From positions 97,003 to 161,002 of the IMG/VR virus record IMGVR_UViG_3300025133_000029: a stretch of 64,000 nt of DNA, one strand, 5' to 3'. Made by a program: the position numbers and the translations under genes. This stretch comes from a virus. Positions 29,716 through 39,686 of this stretch are shown here, one piece after another (position 1 is the stretch's first letter; the number at the start of each line of letters is the position of its first letter). The notes below the pieces were generated by a model. That model ran no database searches. It saw only the letters and a program-made list of their open reading frames with translations, and had not been told where the DNA came from.

Positions 29716-30279
29716 ATGGCGAGGTTATACGTTGATCAGTATGTTGGCAGGGCGAGAACAGTTAGTGTGGGTGGGCACAATGTTCGGTTCGATGAGAACG
29801 GTGTGTGTGAACACGAAAGCCTTTCCTTTTTAGAGACGGTTCGAAGGGTTGTGCCGAGCGGTGTTATTCTTTCTGAAGAAGTGGTTGCCGAAGAAGTTCC
29901 AGAGGTAGTTGAGGAGCCTGTTGAAGTTGCTCCAGAAGCTCCAGAGGTAGTTGAGGAGCCTGCCGAACCAGAGGTGAAGCTTGCGATTGAATCGCCAAAA
30001 GAAGTCGAAAAAGACACTCCCGCTCCTGCTCCCGCCTCTGGTGATTGGAGAGAAGATGTTCGTCGGAAGGTGGAAGAGGATAAGAAGGCAAAAGAATCCG
30101 AGGCGCCTGCAGTTCCTACTACTTCTGTTCCCGAAGCTCCAGTGGTTCCGGAAGCTCCAGCAACACCTGTCCCTGAAGCTCCTTCAGCGAAAAAGAAAGC
30201 AGGGAGCAAGAAGAAGTCTTCGAATAAAAAGAAGTCGTCGAATAAAAAGAAGGGAAAGCGCAGTAAGATAAAAGAGTAG
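29716..30279 (+). CDS. protein with E/P/A-rich linker and Lys-rich C-terminus
   Basis: SD AGGAG; PEVVEEP x2; KKKSSNKKK tail. Confidence 0.75.
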   Translation: MARLYVDQYVGRARTVSVGGHNVRFDENGVCEHESLSFLETVRRVVPSGVILSEEVVAEEVPEVVEEPVEVAPEAPEVVEEPAEPEVKLAIESPKEVEKDTPAPAPASGDWREDVRRKVEEDKKAKESEAPAVPTTSVPEAPVVPEAPATPVPEAPSAKKKAGSKKKSSNKKKSSNKKKGKRSKIKE

Positions 30280-30301
30280 ACATGATCGCTAGGAGAGAGA
30301 T

Positions 30302-30595
30302 ATGGCAGGAAAAGATTCTTTCATTTGTCCCAATTGCAAGGGTTCTTACTTTGGGACAACCCGAGACAAAAAGAGAAAGACAACAACCTTGAACTGTCAT
30401 GGTTATATCTCAACAGGCCCCGGGAAACATTCTCGCCCTTGTGGATACAGTGTCCCTTATACCCTGGAAGGTCTTGGCGAAGACAACTATCGTCGCCTAA
30501 CCAGAAATGCAGGAACTGTTATGGTTGGAGTGAGTGTGGGTCCGATCAAGACGGTCGAGGTAAAGAAGCGATCTCCTGGATACACTTTGCCTTAG
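30302..30595 (+). CDS. small Zn-ribbon protein
   Basis: CPNC...CHG...PCG; SD AGGAG. Confidence 0.65.
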   Translation: MAGKDSFICPNCKGSYFGTTRDKKRKTTTLNCHGYISTGPGKHSRPCGYSVPYTLEGLGEDNYRRLTRNAGTVMVGVSVGPIKTVEVKKRSPGYTLP

Positions 30596-30609
30596 ATAAG
30601 CCCCTCGCC

Positions 30610-31449
30610 CTATGAATGGAAGAGGGCATCCTGCCATTCACTTCTCCACCTCTCTGCTCTCTCAGACATTTGAAATCCTCTCCTCTTTATGACCTCCAGA
30701 ATCTCCCTCTCCCAGAAGCCTCTTGTTAGTTCACACCAAAAGTCAAAGACCAGTTCATCCACGATGTCGCTTGTGCTAAAGGCACTGTATATAGGTTCCC
30801 GCATGTTGTTTCTGAGGTATCTGATTGTTCTGGCGATGGCTCGAATGACTTCGATCTGTCTATCAAATAAATCAATATCGTTCCCCAGGAACTCCCACAC
30901 AAGATTAGCAGTACTTATGTATTGATTGGTTTGAATTGCTATTTGATAGGCTTGCGGGGAGAGTGAAGGATCCGGAGATGGAGACTCCTCTTCTCTTTTT
31001 CGTAGTCTCTTACCACAAAGATCCAGTTCTGTTTTTATCTTTCTAATGAGTGCTTCGAACCCAAGGATGATCTGGTTCTTGGAGAGTCGCATCAGAAATG
31101 TGTTATTTGTGGGAGCCAATGCCATCCAGTGTCTGTGTTCTTCTCTAAAATATCTGTAGGAGACTTTGACCTCTCCCTCCCATATTGGCTTTGGGGACAA
31201 ATGCCCTTCAGGGAAGTCTTCTCCCAAGAGGGGCATCTGTCCCCATCTATATAAGTAGTCATCCGCTTGTTTATATTCGGATAATAACCAAGGACAGATA
31301 TGTATCGCAAGGTTTTCATTCTCTAGGCCCAATCCCATACTTCGGAGGTTCCTCTCGCCCTTAGCTATGAGGTTGCCCATAGTGATGAGGAACTTTTTAG
31401 CACCAAGTGCTCTTTGTCCGGGGATGAGGTCTCTACCTTCTATAAGCAC
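30610..31449 (-). CDS. acidic-LF tail family protein
   Basis: Ends ERWRSEWQDALFHS. Confidence 0.7.
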   Translation of the reverse strand: MLIEGRDLIPGQRALGAKKFLITMGNLIAKGERNLRSMGLGLENENLAIHICPWLLSEYKQADDYLYRWGQMPLLGEDFPEGHLSPKPIWEGEVKVSYRYFREEHRHWMALAPTNNTFLMRLSKNQIILGFEALIRKIKTELDLCGKRLRKREEESPSPDPSLSPQAYQIAIQTNQYISTANLVWEFLGNDIDLFDRQIEVIRAIARTIRYLRNNMREPIYSAFSTSDIVDELVFDFWCELTRGFWEREILEVIKRRGFQMSERAERWRSEWQDALFHS

Positions 31450-31485
31450 GATTCTGTCCTTTCTTTGTAGAAAAATCTTTAGACT

Positions 31486-32274
31486 CTAAAGATCCATAAA
31501 GAGAGCTTGGTCTAATTCTTCTTTCAGAGACTCCAGATTTACACGGCGGGGAGCGTTCTCCAATATGAGGTTAGCAAGTCTTCTTCGCCACGCCACTTGC
31601 TCTCTCTCTCTTTGAATCCACAGGTAAAGCATCAGTTGTGTCTGACTCACAGCTGGTATTGGGGTGCGAACGTAGTATTTGTGTATGGCGGCATAGAGTA
31701 TTCCTGGGAGGAAATCGATGAGCCTCGAGTGCCTTTGAAGGGGAAGGCTTGTTCGGAGAAGAGATGTAGCGCTTCTTTTGTTGGGGATGTGATATTCTTC
31801 TGCGATGCGAATCCACTCTTCCAGGAGTTGGATGTGATGATTCCGCACTTCTTCCAACTCCTCCACCCCTTGATATTGTTGCACCCATGTTGGTATTTTG
31901 ATCTGGTGTGTTTCTTTCAGCAATTGCTTCATCAAGTCTACAACGATCTTGCAGCTTGTGGCCTCCAGCCACTCCTGTGTCTGGGGTTTGACGATGATGG
32001 CATTCTTCGGGAGGTCTCCAAAAATTGCGATCTGCCCTTCGAGGTAATCTATTCCAGAGAGGATGTGAAACCGAATATTAAACTTGCCTTCGTTGATATG
32101 AAAGTCACCTACGCAAGCATGGGGGGTTATTCTGGAGATGGCTTCGAGGCTTCTCTGGTATCTGTAGGGTGACATACAAACGAGGACATGCCTGTCCCAT
32201 TCAAGACGGGAGGCACCCCATAGGGACTCTCGCTTGTTGCTCTCGAGTATTTCCTTTGCTTCTTGGTCATTCAT
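31486..32274 (-). CDS. acidic-LF tail family protein
   Basis: Ends ESLKEELDQALFMDL; stop lies inside a palindrome copy. Confidence 0.7.
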   Translation of the reverse strand: MNDQEAKEILESNKRESLWGASRLEWDRHVLVCMSPYRYQRSLEAISRITPHACVGDFHINEGKFNIRFHILSGIDYLEGQIAIFGDLPKNAIIVKPQTQEWLEATSCKIVVDLMKQLLKETHQIKIPTWVQQYQGVEELEEVRNHHIQLLEEWIRIAEEYHIPNKRSATSLLRTSLPLQRHSRLIDFLPGILYAAIHKYYVRTPIPAVSQTQLMLYLWIQREREQVAWRRRLANLILENAPRRVNLESLKEELDQALFMDL

Positions 32275-32285
32275 GGACGGTGGCC

Positions 32286-32594
32286 CTATTCCTTTTTATC
32301 CAGTCTTGGTAGGATGGCGATAATATTTGGGTCAGTCTCTTTACTGAAGATGTGTTGAACAATTGCGAGGACGTTGGGTGGGAGTTTATCTTTTGGACCC
32401 CGATGGATTTGGTAGTCGTCGAGGCATACTATTCCTAGATCTCCTGACTTCCCTTCGTGAATGACTCCTCCATAAGAGAGAGAGTGTTCAAAGAAGGAAA
32501 AGATCTCTTCGTCCGATGTGTTAGCTGGTATCATTCTGGTGGCGACTGCGCTTAGGCCGTTTATGCTAGCGCATAGTATCTTCCTGTTTCCCAT
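32286..32594 (-). CDS. hypothetical protein
   Basis: SD AGGAG; 102 aa. Confidence 0.65.
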   Translation of the reverse strand: MGNRKILCASINGLSAVATRMIPANTSDEEIFSFFEHSLSYGGVIHEGKSGDLGIVCLDDYQIHRGPKDKLPPNVLAIVQHIFSKETDPNIIAILPRLDKKE

Positions 32595-32618
32595 GGCTTT
32601 GTTCTCCTGTCGTAGGTG

Positions 32619-33497
32619 TTATTGCGCAAACAACCCATCTTCTAATTGGTCCCGGAAGTCTCGTGCTTTGGTTAGTTTGTACTGACGTTCTCTTAGGGAG
32701 TCTAGGAATAGTCGGTGCCAGTATGTTTTATTTGCTTCTAGCCATAGGTTGCAGAGGAGTTCTCTTTTTCTTATGGAGGGTCCATCGTTGCCGGATATTT
32801 TCATGTGGTAGCCAGCGCGGACGCGAAAGAAAACGCCCGAGAGTTGTTCTATTATGTTTGATTCTTGGTAGACGTATGCGCTTATCTCGTTCCATCTTGC
32901 TCCGGTGAAGATCTGGTCGGCGAGTTCCCGCATAAAGAGTCTGTCCTCGTTTATCCAGTAGGCTATCCGTTCTTCTTCTTTTGTCATCCTGGCTTCGCTT
33001 ACTGTTCCTGCTAATAGTTCTCTCACCTTTCTTTGTTCACGCGCAGCCACGACGCTGATTTGTTGATGGTAGAGCCACCACACCCATGTATTGATGTTTG
33101 TGATGTGTTCTTCGTTGTGCATCCAGCCTAGTTCAAATGGCATGGCAACTACCATGTTCTCTGGCATCAGGTTATCTACGCACCAGACAAGATATGTTTG
33201 GTCGTAGACTATGGAGTCAAATCCATCATCGGGTGCCTTGACTCGGTGGATTCCAAAGGGGGAGTGACTGGTGAGGTAGACCCCACCGTTTTCTTTTCTT
33301 AGGGTGAGCATGTCGACGTTTGAAAAAAAGTGCCCTCTTTTAGCCCCCTGGAGGCTCTTCTTGCCAACCATCAAGGTAAGTATCCTCTTCCCTGCCCTGC
33401 GCTCCACACAGAGGACGAGAGACCTATCAGAATGGATTCTAGATGTCTGGTGTATGGCCTGCATCGCAATATTGTCTAGAAAAGTATTCTCACTCAT
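32619..33497 (-). CDS. acidic-LF tail family protein
   Basis: Ends RDFRDQLEDGLFAQ. Confidence 0.7.
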   Translation of the reverse strand: MSENTFLDNIAMQAIHQTSRIHSDRSLVLCVERRAGKRILTLMVGKKSLQGAKRGHFFSNVDMLTLRKENGGVYLTSHSPFGIHRVKAPDDGFDSIVYDQTYLVWCVDNLMPENMVVAMPFELGWMHNEEHITNINTWVWWLYHQQISVVAAREQRKVRELLAGTVSEARMTKEEERIAYWINEDRLFMRELADQIFTGARWNEISAYVYQESNIIEQLSGVFFRVRAGYHMKISGNDGPSIRKRELLCNLWLEANKTYWHRLFLDSLRERQYKLTKARDFRDQLEDGLFAQ

Positions 33498-33573
33498 CGC
33501 GCAAACTACTCCCTGAAATTATCTAAGATCTTTACCAAAATCTTTAGACTCTAAAGATTTTCCTGTCGCGTTT

Positions 33574-34395
33574 TCACCCAACGTCAAACAAAACTTCGTC
33601 CCACATCCCCCTCCATCTCTCCACGCTCTCCCCTAAACCCTTCTCGCGTATCCCAAATAACTCACGCAGCCTCCGTATAGAGCTAAACCACTCTAGAGAC
33701 TTTCTATAGAACCCCAGCTTTATGACGTTCGTAACATGTGGGTTTCCAAATATAGAGCGAAGGGTATAGTCCAACCTCACCCGACCAGAGTACAGATCCA
33801 AGAGTCTTATGTTTCGAGTCTCAACTTCAACACGAGAAGAGCTATTGGGTCGAAATAAATACACAAAGAGGTCGGATGGATTTCTTATTTCCCTGATATG
33901 CCGAAGATTAGCAGTAGCATCAGCTATCTTTTTTTCGCGCTTCTCTACAGTAAGTGCAGGATCCAATAGTCTGACCACCAAGTCATTGTAGCGATTGTGA
34001 CGATCACGATCCGCAGACCGATTCAACACCCCCCACGTATGCATCGTATCCCAGGTAACTCGCCACACCACACATGAATAATCAAAGAGCAAGCCATCAG
34101 GAGCATGCAGTAGTAGGCTTTTCATCTGTGGAATGAACCAAACCTCACCATTATCCAAACCATTATCCAATGAACCATGGACAAAGAACTCCACCCTTCT
34201 ACTGTTTATAGAGTCTCCCAAATAGTCATCCCTAAACTCTATACGCGCCCCATACCCCAACCCACCCACCAAGTCTTCACAAACTTTTAGGCCACACGCC
34301 ACCATCCCCAACCCAAGTCCCTCTCCCTCCAACCACCACCTACACGCATCCAGCGCCCCAAAGAACTGATCGCTGTCCCTGTATACAACGCGCAT
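33574..34395 (-). CDS. acidic-LF tail family protein
   Basis: Ends ERWRGMWDEVLFDVG; motif at 34462 upstream. Confidence 0.68.
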   Translation of the reverse strand: MRVVYRDSDQFFGALDACRWWLEGEGLGLGMVACGLKVCEDLVGGLGYGARIEFRDDYLGDSINSRRVEFFVHGSLDNGLDNGEVWFIPQMKSLLLHAPDGLLFDYSCVVWRVTWDTMHTWGVLNRSADRDRHNRYNDLVVRLLDPALTVEKREKKIADATANLRHIREIRNPSDLFVYLFRPNSSSRVEVETRNIRLLDLYSGRVRLDYTLRSIFGNPHVTNVIKLGFYRKSLEWFSSIRRLRELFGIREKGLGESVERWRGMWDEVLFDVG

Positions 34396-34663
34396 CTATC
34401 TCACTCCCTACATGAGTCTCACCCCACCCCAACTAATCTCTCACGCAATAAACAAATCAGAGCATTTACCACCACTACCCACCATTATTCATCCATCAAC
34501 TGACCCAACTCCTCCTTCTCCCCATAACACCTCCTACACAACAACAACCTCACCCACGGCGTCTCATCATGACACCCCCTATCCACATACACCCTCACCC
34601 ACCTACACACCATCCTCCTCTCACACACATCACACACCTCCCTCACCATCTTCTTTCCCTTCC

Positions 34664-35326
34664 TCATCTCTTCAACTCCCCACACAATGGAGCCACACCC
34701 AACACTCCATCACCCAAATCTTTAGACTCTAAAGATCCACCAACTTCTGAACCCAACTCACCACCCGCCAAACACTCACCACCCGCCAAACACTCACTAC
34801 ACGAATACTCCTCCAACACACCATCCACACCATAATAACCAGCAAACACATTCAACGCCGCAAACAAACCACATCCCACACACGAACCCTCCAAACCATC
34901 CCTACCCACAAACCTAACCCAATACCTCTCACCACACAATACATCAAAACTCTCATCCTCCAACGTACACACATAACCCAAACGACGCATACCACCCCAC
35001 AACTCAAACATACCCCTACCCGACCAATAATATGGTAACTCCTCACCACCCAATATCATTCCACCCATCCTCACACCCACCCATCCCCTAAACCCCCTCG
35101 CCTTCCTTATCTTACTCCAACCCAAACACCTACCCACATACTTGTCTATCTCCCTACTCCCCTCCAATACACTAACACCCAAGCCACCCAGCACATCACC
35201 ACATAATCCCAATAACCCATCCTCATACGGATGCACACCCACACCCTCCAATGAAGGCATCTCAACCACTACACCCAAGCCACCCATACCCACCCTCTCC
35301 CTATACCCACCCAAACCAAATATCAT
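34664..35326 (-). CDS. Gly/Val-skewed ABA-sandwich-like protein
   Basis: IDKYVGRCLGW...LPYYW...LFAAL; SD GAGG; composition follows the local G/T skew. Confidence 0.55.
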   Translation of the reverse strand: MIFGLGGYRERVGMGGLGVVVEMPSLEGVGVHPYEDGLLGLCGDVLGGLGVSVLEGSREIDKYVGRCLGWSKIRKARGFRGWVGVRMGGMILGGEELPYYWSGRGMFELWGGMRRLGYVCTLEDESFDVLCGERYWVRFVGRDGLEGSCVGCGLFAALNVFAGYYGVDGVLEEYSCSECLAGGECLAGGELGSEVGGSLESKDLGDGVLGVAPLCGELKR

Positions 35327-35552
35327 CCTCTTCTCTCCTCCTTCTCACCTCCTTCTCACACACCCTTACACACGCCACCATATCCACACATATACAACAC
35401 ACCCCAAAAATTCCTACCCATATAAACAAACATAACATCTGATCCAACGAAATAAATTATTACACTATAAAAACATACCCTACTCACTCACACACCTAAC
35501 CACTACCACACCCACTCACACCACCCATATAACCCAATAAACCACTAATCTA

Positions 35553-35920
35553 ATCTTTAGACTCTAAAGAAATACATCATCTAATTCCTCACTGAACCAT
35601 AGAGGATTCTTCTCAGACCCTCTCTGAGATTAGAGAATCCCACCTAGTCCTCTCGGACCCTCTCTGAGATTAGAGAATCCCACCTAGTCCTGTGAGGATT
35701 TCAGGGCATTCTCTAATCCTCTCGGACCCCATCTAATCTTAGAGAGGGCCACCTAGTCCTGTGAGGATTCCAGAGAATTCTATAATCCTCTCGGACCCCA
35801 TCTAATCTCAGAGAGGGTCTATTGCCAGCCTATCTAATCTCAGAGAGGGCTTATTGCGAGGATTCTAGAGGACTAGATGGGATTCTCTAATCTCAGAGAG
35901 GGTCTATTGCCAGCCTAGAC
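35553..35920. other. putative replication origin (iteron-like repeats at a strand-skew inversion)
   Basis: 17-mer CCCTCTCTGAGATTAGA forward at 35618 and 35658, reverse at 35732(1 mm), 35801, 35833, 35886; 40-bp and about 69-bp direct repeats; + strand C/A-rich to the left and G/T-rich to the right. Confidence 0.65.
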
Positions 35921-35942
35921 CCTTGGGGGGGTGGAAAAAAAT

Positions 35943-36731
35943 TTATTTTTTTATTAAAACCGGCGCAAGAGGGACAATACCGAGGCTGCGGCCATTGTTG
36001 GGTGGTGCCTGGGTTTCGCTGGGGTTCTCTAGTGGTGCCGGGGTGAGGATATAGGGTGAGATGCGCCACTTGTCTTTTGGGTTTCCTTCGATGTGGGCAG
36101 AGACGGTTCTCTTGTTTACCCTTATAACGATGGCGTGTTCTGTGTTTCCTTGGTATGGGAAGCTTACGCGCTGCCCTGGGTAGAACTCCTGGATCTCTTC
36201 ATTGGGTCGTAGGTATTCGAGAGGGGGTAGTCCGGCGTCCCGTGCTTCACTATATATATAGATAGAAAGCTCTTGTGGAAGGTCGTGGTTGCGGTGGAGG
36301 TCATCGAGGATGCGATAGAAGGCGGGGCTGTGTACGTTGTTGCGGGTGGGATGTCCCCGATAAACTTGTATGAGGTGTGCGTATTCATGGAGGCACAGCG
36401 CGACCAACTGACATAGGAAGGAGTTGGGGTTGTCTTCTGAGGAGAAGTATCCACGTTCTCGTATCTCACTAGATGCGGTCCATCCGTGGGCGTGGCGCGG
36501 GGATTCCATTTTTTGGCGGATGGCTTTTTTGCCGTATCGGATGTAGTGCGTGCCTCGTTTTTTGATGTGGTGAGATGTCTTTCTATTGGACACTCCAAAG
36601 TCTACGGGGATATATGCAGTTGTTTGCATGATTTCGCGTATGGCGTAGTGGTGAATTACCTCTTTGGTGGCACTTGCCAGGATTAGGGCGAGTCTTTCTA
36701 TCTGTATATTGGTCCATGGTTGAGGTGTCAT
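35943..36731 (-). CDS. SprT-like zinc metalloprotease domain plus C-terminal SH3-like domain
   Basis: LHEYAHLI...HSPAFYRIL; FYPGQRVSF...VIRVNKRTVS. Confidence 0.75.
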   Translation of the reverse strand: MTPQPWTNIQIERLALILASATKEVIHHYAIREIMQTTAYIPVDFGVSNRKTSHHIKKRGTHYIRYGKKAIRQKMESPRHAHGWTASSEIRERGYFSSEDNPNSFLCQLVALCLHEYAHLIQVYRGHPTRNNVHSPAFYRILDDLHRNHDLPQELSIYIYSEARDAGLPPLEYLRPNEEIQEFYPGQRVSFPYQGNTEHAIVIRVNKRTVSAHIEGNPKDKWRISPYILTPAPLENPSETQAPPNNGRSLGIVPLAPVLIKK

Positions 36732-37059
36732 GTGGGGTTATCCTTTTTATATGGTGTGGTGATCCTCTTTCTTGTGTTGCTATCGTCCTGTCTGCGTATT
36801 GTATAGAAAGCAAAGCATTTACGTGTGGTTAGTCTTGGTGCGGGAGGACTTGGTGTACTGTCTGTAAAAATGGAGAATGTGGGGATTGTCCGAAAAAAAA
36901 AGATCCGGACAGTGAGCGGGTTTGATTAGGGTCTCTCACAGGGGAAGTAAGAGCTTTTTTGGTGGGGATTGTGGTTTTTGTGAAAAAGGGTAGTTTTGGG
37001 GTGTTTTTGGTGGGGAAAGGTGTGGATCTTTAGAGTCTAAAGATTTTCATGTAGAGGAC

Positions 37060-37100
37060 CCCACTCGCTTATATATATAAATATATATAAGCTCGTTGGG
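37060..37100. repeat. (TA)n-core hairpin element, copy 1 (reverse orientation)
   Basis: CCCACTCGCTTATATATATAAATATATATAAGCTCGTTGGG. Confidence 0.85.
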
Positions 37101-37104
37101 GCCT

Positions 37105-37602
37105 CTATGGTGATTTGTCTTTGGGTTGGGATATGTCGAAGATCTCTTGTGGGGTTCTCATGAAGGTTTTTGTACGTTGTTCTGGGTCAGGGTGGTTGTG
37201 GTATCGGATGGGTATGGGGGTGTGGGGGTCTGTTTTTAGAAGATTTGCGACAATGCTTCGTCCTTTTCCGATTCCACCAGTGTGATAGTTGACGTGCGCG
37301 ATGGGGAAAGTTTTGGTGAGAAGCTCTTCGGTTCCAGATTCTCTGGAGATGTCGAGAGGGGACATGGATGTTTCAGCGGATATGGTGGTGAGTTCGTGGC
37401 ATCCCGGTTGTTGTAGCACTTGGTCGATGCGCTCAATGCCACCTGCAACACCCGAAAACCCCTCGTCGCTGGATGAAGCCTGGAGGTAGTGTCGAGGGCA
37501 GGAGGTTGTTGGGTATAGTAGGATGCGGAGTCGGTATTGTTTGCCTGGGACGGGTTTGAATCGTTGGTGTTTGGATTGTGGTGGGCTGGAGGTGGGCTTC
37601 AT
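37105..37602 (-). CDS. hypothetical protein
   Basis: 165 aa; SD AAGGA. Confidence 0.5.
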   Translation of the reverse strand: MKPTSSPPQSKHQRFKPVPGKQYRLRILLYPTTSCPRHYLQASSSDEGFSGVAGGIERIDQVLQQPGCHELTTISAETSMSPLDISRESGTEELLTKTFPIAHVNYHTGGIGKGRSIVANLLKTDPHTPIPIRYHNHPDPEQRTKTFMRTPQEIFDISQPKDKSP

Positions 37603-37728
37603 GTTTATTTTTTATCCTTTTTGAGTTTGAAGTGGAGTTGAGTAAAGGAGGTGTCGCCATCGGAGGTCGTTCTTCTTTTGTAGACACGAAAGGAGATGGG
37701 GTGGGGAGAGGGTGGGGAGTGATGGATG

Positions 37729-38100
37729 CTATCCCAGCATGTCTCGGAGTTCTTCGAAGGCATCTCCGATGTCGTCGGAGTGTTCGCCCTGTGTCCATTC
37801 GAGGGCATAGGCGAGTCCTTGCACTTGGCACATCCAAATCAGTGCGCCGAGCTTTTCGGCCCCCTTGGGTCCAAAGATTTGACTGAAGTGGGATACCAGT
37901 TGAGGGTGCATCTCTACCTGGGCCTGGAGGGCTTCCCGCAGATTTTGGGTGGTGTCGGGGACGGACGCGGTGCGTTGTGGGTTTCCGACAATGGAGTAGG
38001 GGATGTGTGCTGCTGCTAGCAGTTGTTTTGCGCGTCCTGTGTTTTCTTCGACTGTGTTGTTGGGGCTGTCGTGGATGATGATTGTTTCTATTGGTTTCAT
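37729..38100 (-). CDS. hypothetical protein
   Basis: 123 aa downstream of the ComM-like gene. Confidence 0.6.
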   Translation of the reverse strand: MKPIETIIIHDSPNNTVEENTGRAKQLLAAAHIPYSIVGNPQRTASVPDTTQNLREALQAQVEMHPQLVSHFSQIFGPKGAEKLGALIWMCQVQGLAYALEWTQGEHSDDIGDAFEELRDMLG

Positions 38101-38111
38101 GTGTGCTGGGC

Positions 38112-39686
38112 CTACTGGTTAGGGGGGAGGAGGTCGAGGGCTTCTTTGAGGTGTTCGTCGAGGATGTGGATGGAGCCTTCGATGTCGGCGATGGTTCTGG
38201 CGAGTCTTCTGGCGGTGATTTTATTATAGAATCGGTGTGCTTGATTGAGGAGTCTGGTGTCGTTGCAGGATGTGAGGGCGAAGTCGTTGTGAGAGAGAAC
38301 GAAGTCGGGAGGGCATGTTCCGTTGTTGTTGAGATTGGGGGCGAAGAAGTTACGGAATCGTATTCGTTGGGCGTTACGGGCGAGGAGGAGAAACACTTGA
38401 AGTTCATCGCTGGTGGGGGCGTGGTGATTGTCTTTGGGGTCGTTGGGTGTTGGTGTGGGGAGGTGAGTCCATATCTGTACCCTATTGGCAATTCTTTGGT
38501 TGCCGGGAGTCATTTGTCGTCTTGAGCTATGGGGAGCTTGTGTGGAAAAAACGGGGAGTGTGTGAATGGGGAAGGTTGTGGTGGTGTGGAATGTGTTTCC
38601 GCGGAGTTTGTAGTTTTTTTGGAAGGAGTTGCTTGCTCGTGGTATTTGTCTTTCGCGTGGTGGAGAGTCGAGGGTTCCCTCGGGGGTGTGATACATGCAG
38701 TGAAAGAGTCGCTCGAGGGTGTCTTCGAAGAGGGTGGCTTCATCGAGGAAGAGGATTCCGTGCAGTGCTCGATGGAGTTCACCGGGGTGGTCGTGATTGC
38801 CGGTAAGACCCTTTGTGCTGATGGTGTGGTGGGGGGCGCGAAAGGGAGGGGCATTGATGGGTTCGGGGTTGTGTCTTGCGTAGAGGAGATTGAGGTCGCG
38901 CTGTTGGTATTCGTCGAGGGGTGGGAGGATAGTGTTGATGCGTCGGGCGAGCATGGTTTTGCCTGTGCCTGCTTCTCCGTGGATGGCGATGGGGTGCCAT
39001 CCGGATGCGGCGATCAGAGCATGGCGGATATTAGGGAGGAGGTGGCGAGGGAGTTGTGAGAAGCATAGGTGGGTCGATCGAGACAGTGTTTGTGGCTCTG
39101 TGGGGCTCTCAGGGGGGCTGTAGGGGACGAGGGCTCTGCCCTCTTGAGTCATTGCGTCGAGGAGGTAGGTGAGTTGTTCGATGTCTTCACATGGGATGAT
39201 GTCGACCTTGTCGGCGAAGAGGTTGAGGATGTTGGAGTGGGATCTGATGCAGTCAGTGGAGAGAAAGACTCGTGCGATAGTGTCGCACTGGGAGGCGTGG
39301 TGGAGAAGGGTGTAGAGTCCGTGACATGGTTTGATTCGGCCAGAGAGGGCCAGTTCGCCCCAAAAGATGGAGTTTAGGGTGGGGATAAAGGGGATGCGTT
39401 CTTGGGCGAGGAGGAGGGAGACCGCGATGGGGAGGTCGAGGCATTCGGTGTTATTGGTGTTGGGTTGTGCTTCGATAGTAGTGCGGTAGGGGATGGTGCG
39501 TGAGAAGGAGGTTGCGGAGTTGCGGAGAGCGGCGGTGACGCGGATCTTTGTTTCGCGGAGGGGTTTTTGGAGATCTTGTTGAGAGTGCTTGATGGTGAGT
39601 GCGGGTTCACCTGCTTGTAGAACTTCCGTTCCGATGAGCGCGGGGAGGGGGCGTGGTCCTCGCGAGAGAAATCCATTTACGTACAT
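38112..39686 (-). CDS. divergent ComM/YifB-like (Mg-chelatase-related) AAA+ ATPase
   Basis: LDLPIAV, GELALSGRIKP, GEAGTGKTMLARRINTILPPL, PFRAPHHTIS, PGELHRALHGILFLDE, RLARTIADIEG; the CPCG Zn motif is not seen. Confidence 0.88.
   Translation of the reverse strand: MYVNGFLSRGPRPLPALIGTEVLQAGEPALTIKHSQQDLQKPLRETKIRVTAALRNSATSFSRTIPYRTTIEAQPNTNNTECLDLPIAVSLLLAQERIPFIPTLNSIFWGELALSGRIKPCHGLYTLLHHASQCDTIARVFLSTDCIRSHSNILNLFADKVDIIPCEDIEQLTYLLDAMTQEGRALVPYSPPESPTEPQTLSRSTHLCFSQLPRHLLPNIRHALIAASGWHPIAIHGEAGTGKTMLARRINTILPPLDEYQQRDLNLLYARHNPEPINAPPFRAPHHTISTKGLTGNHDHPGELHRALHGILFLDEATLFEDTLERLFHCMYHTPEGTLDSPPRERQIPRASNSFQKNYKLRGNTFHTTTTFPIHTLPVFSTQAPHSSRRQMTPGNQRIANRVQIWTHLPTPTPNDPKDNHHAPTSDELQVFLLLARNAQRIRFRNFFAPNLNNNGTCPPDFVLSHNDFALTSCNDTRLLNQAHRFYNKITARRLARTIADIEGSIHILDEHLKEALDLLPPNQ

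Noticed and set aside
34412-39676. Pro/His/Thr-rich or Gly/Val-rich alternative ORFs (e.g. 34412-34732, 37433-38491, 38529-39059)
   Set aside because: Extreme skew removes stop codons; they overlap better-supported genes.
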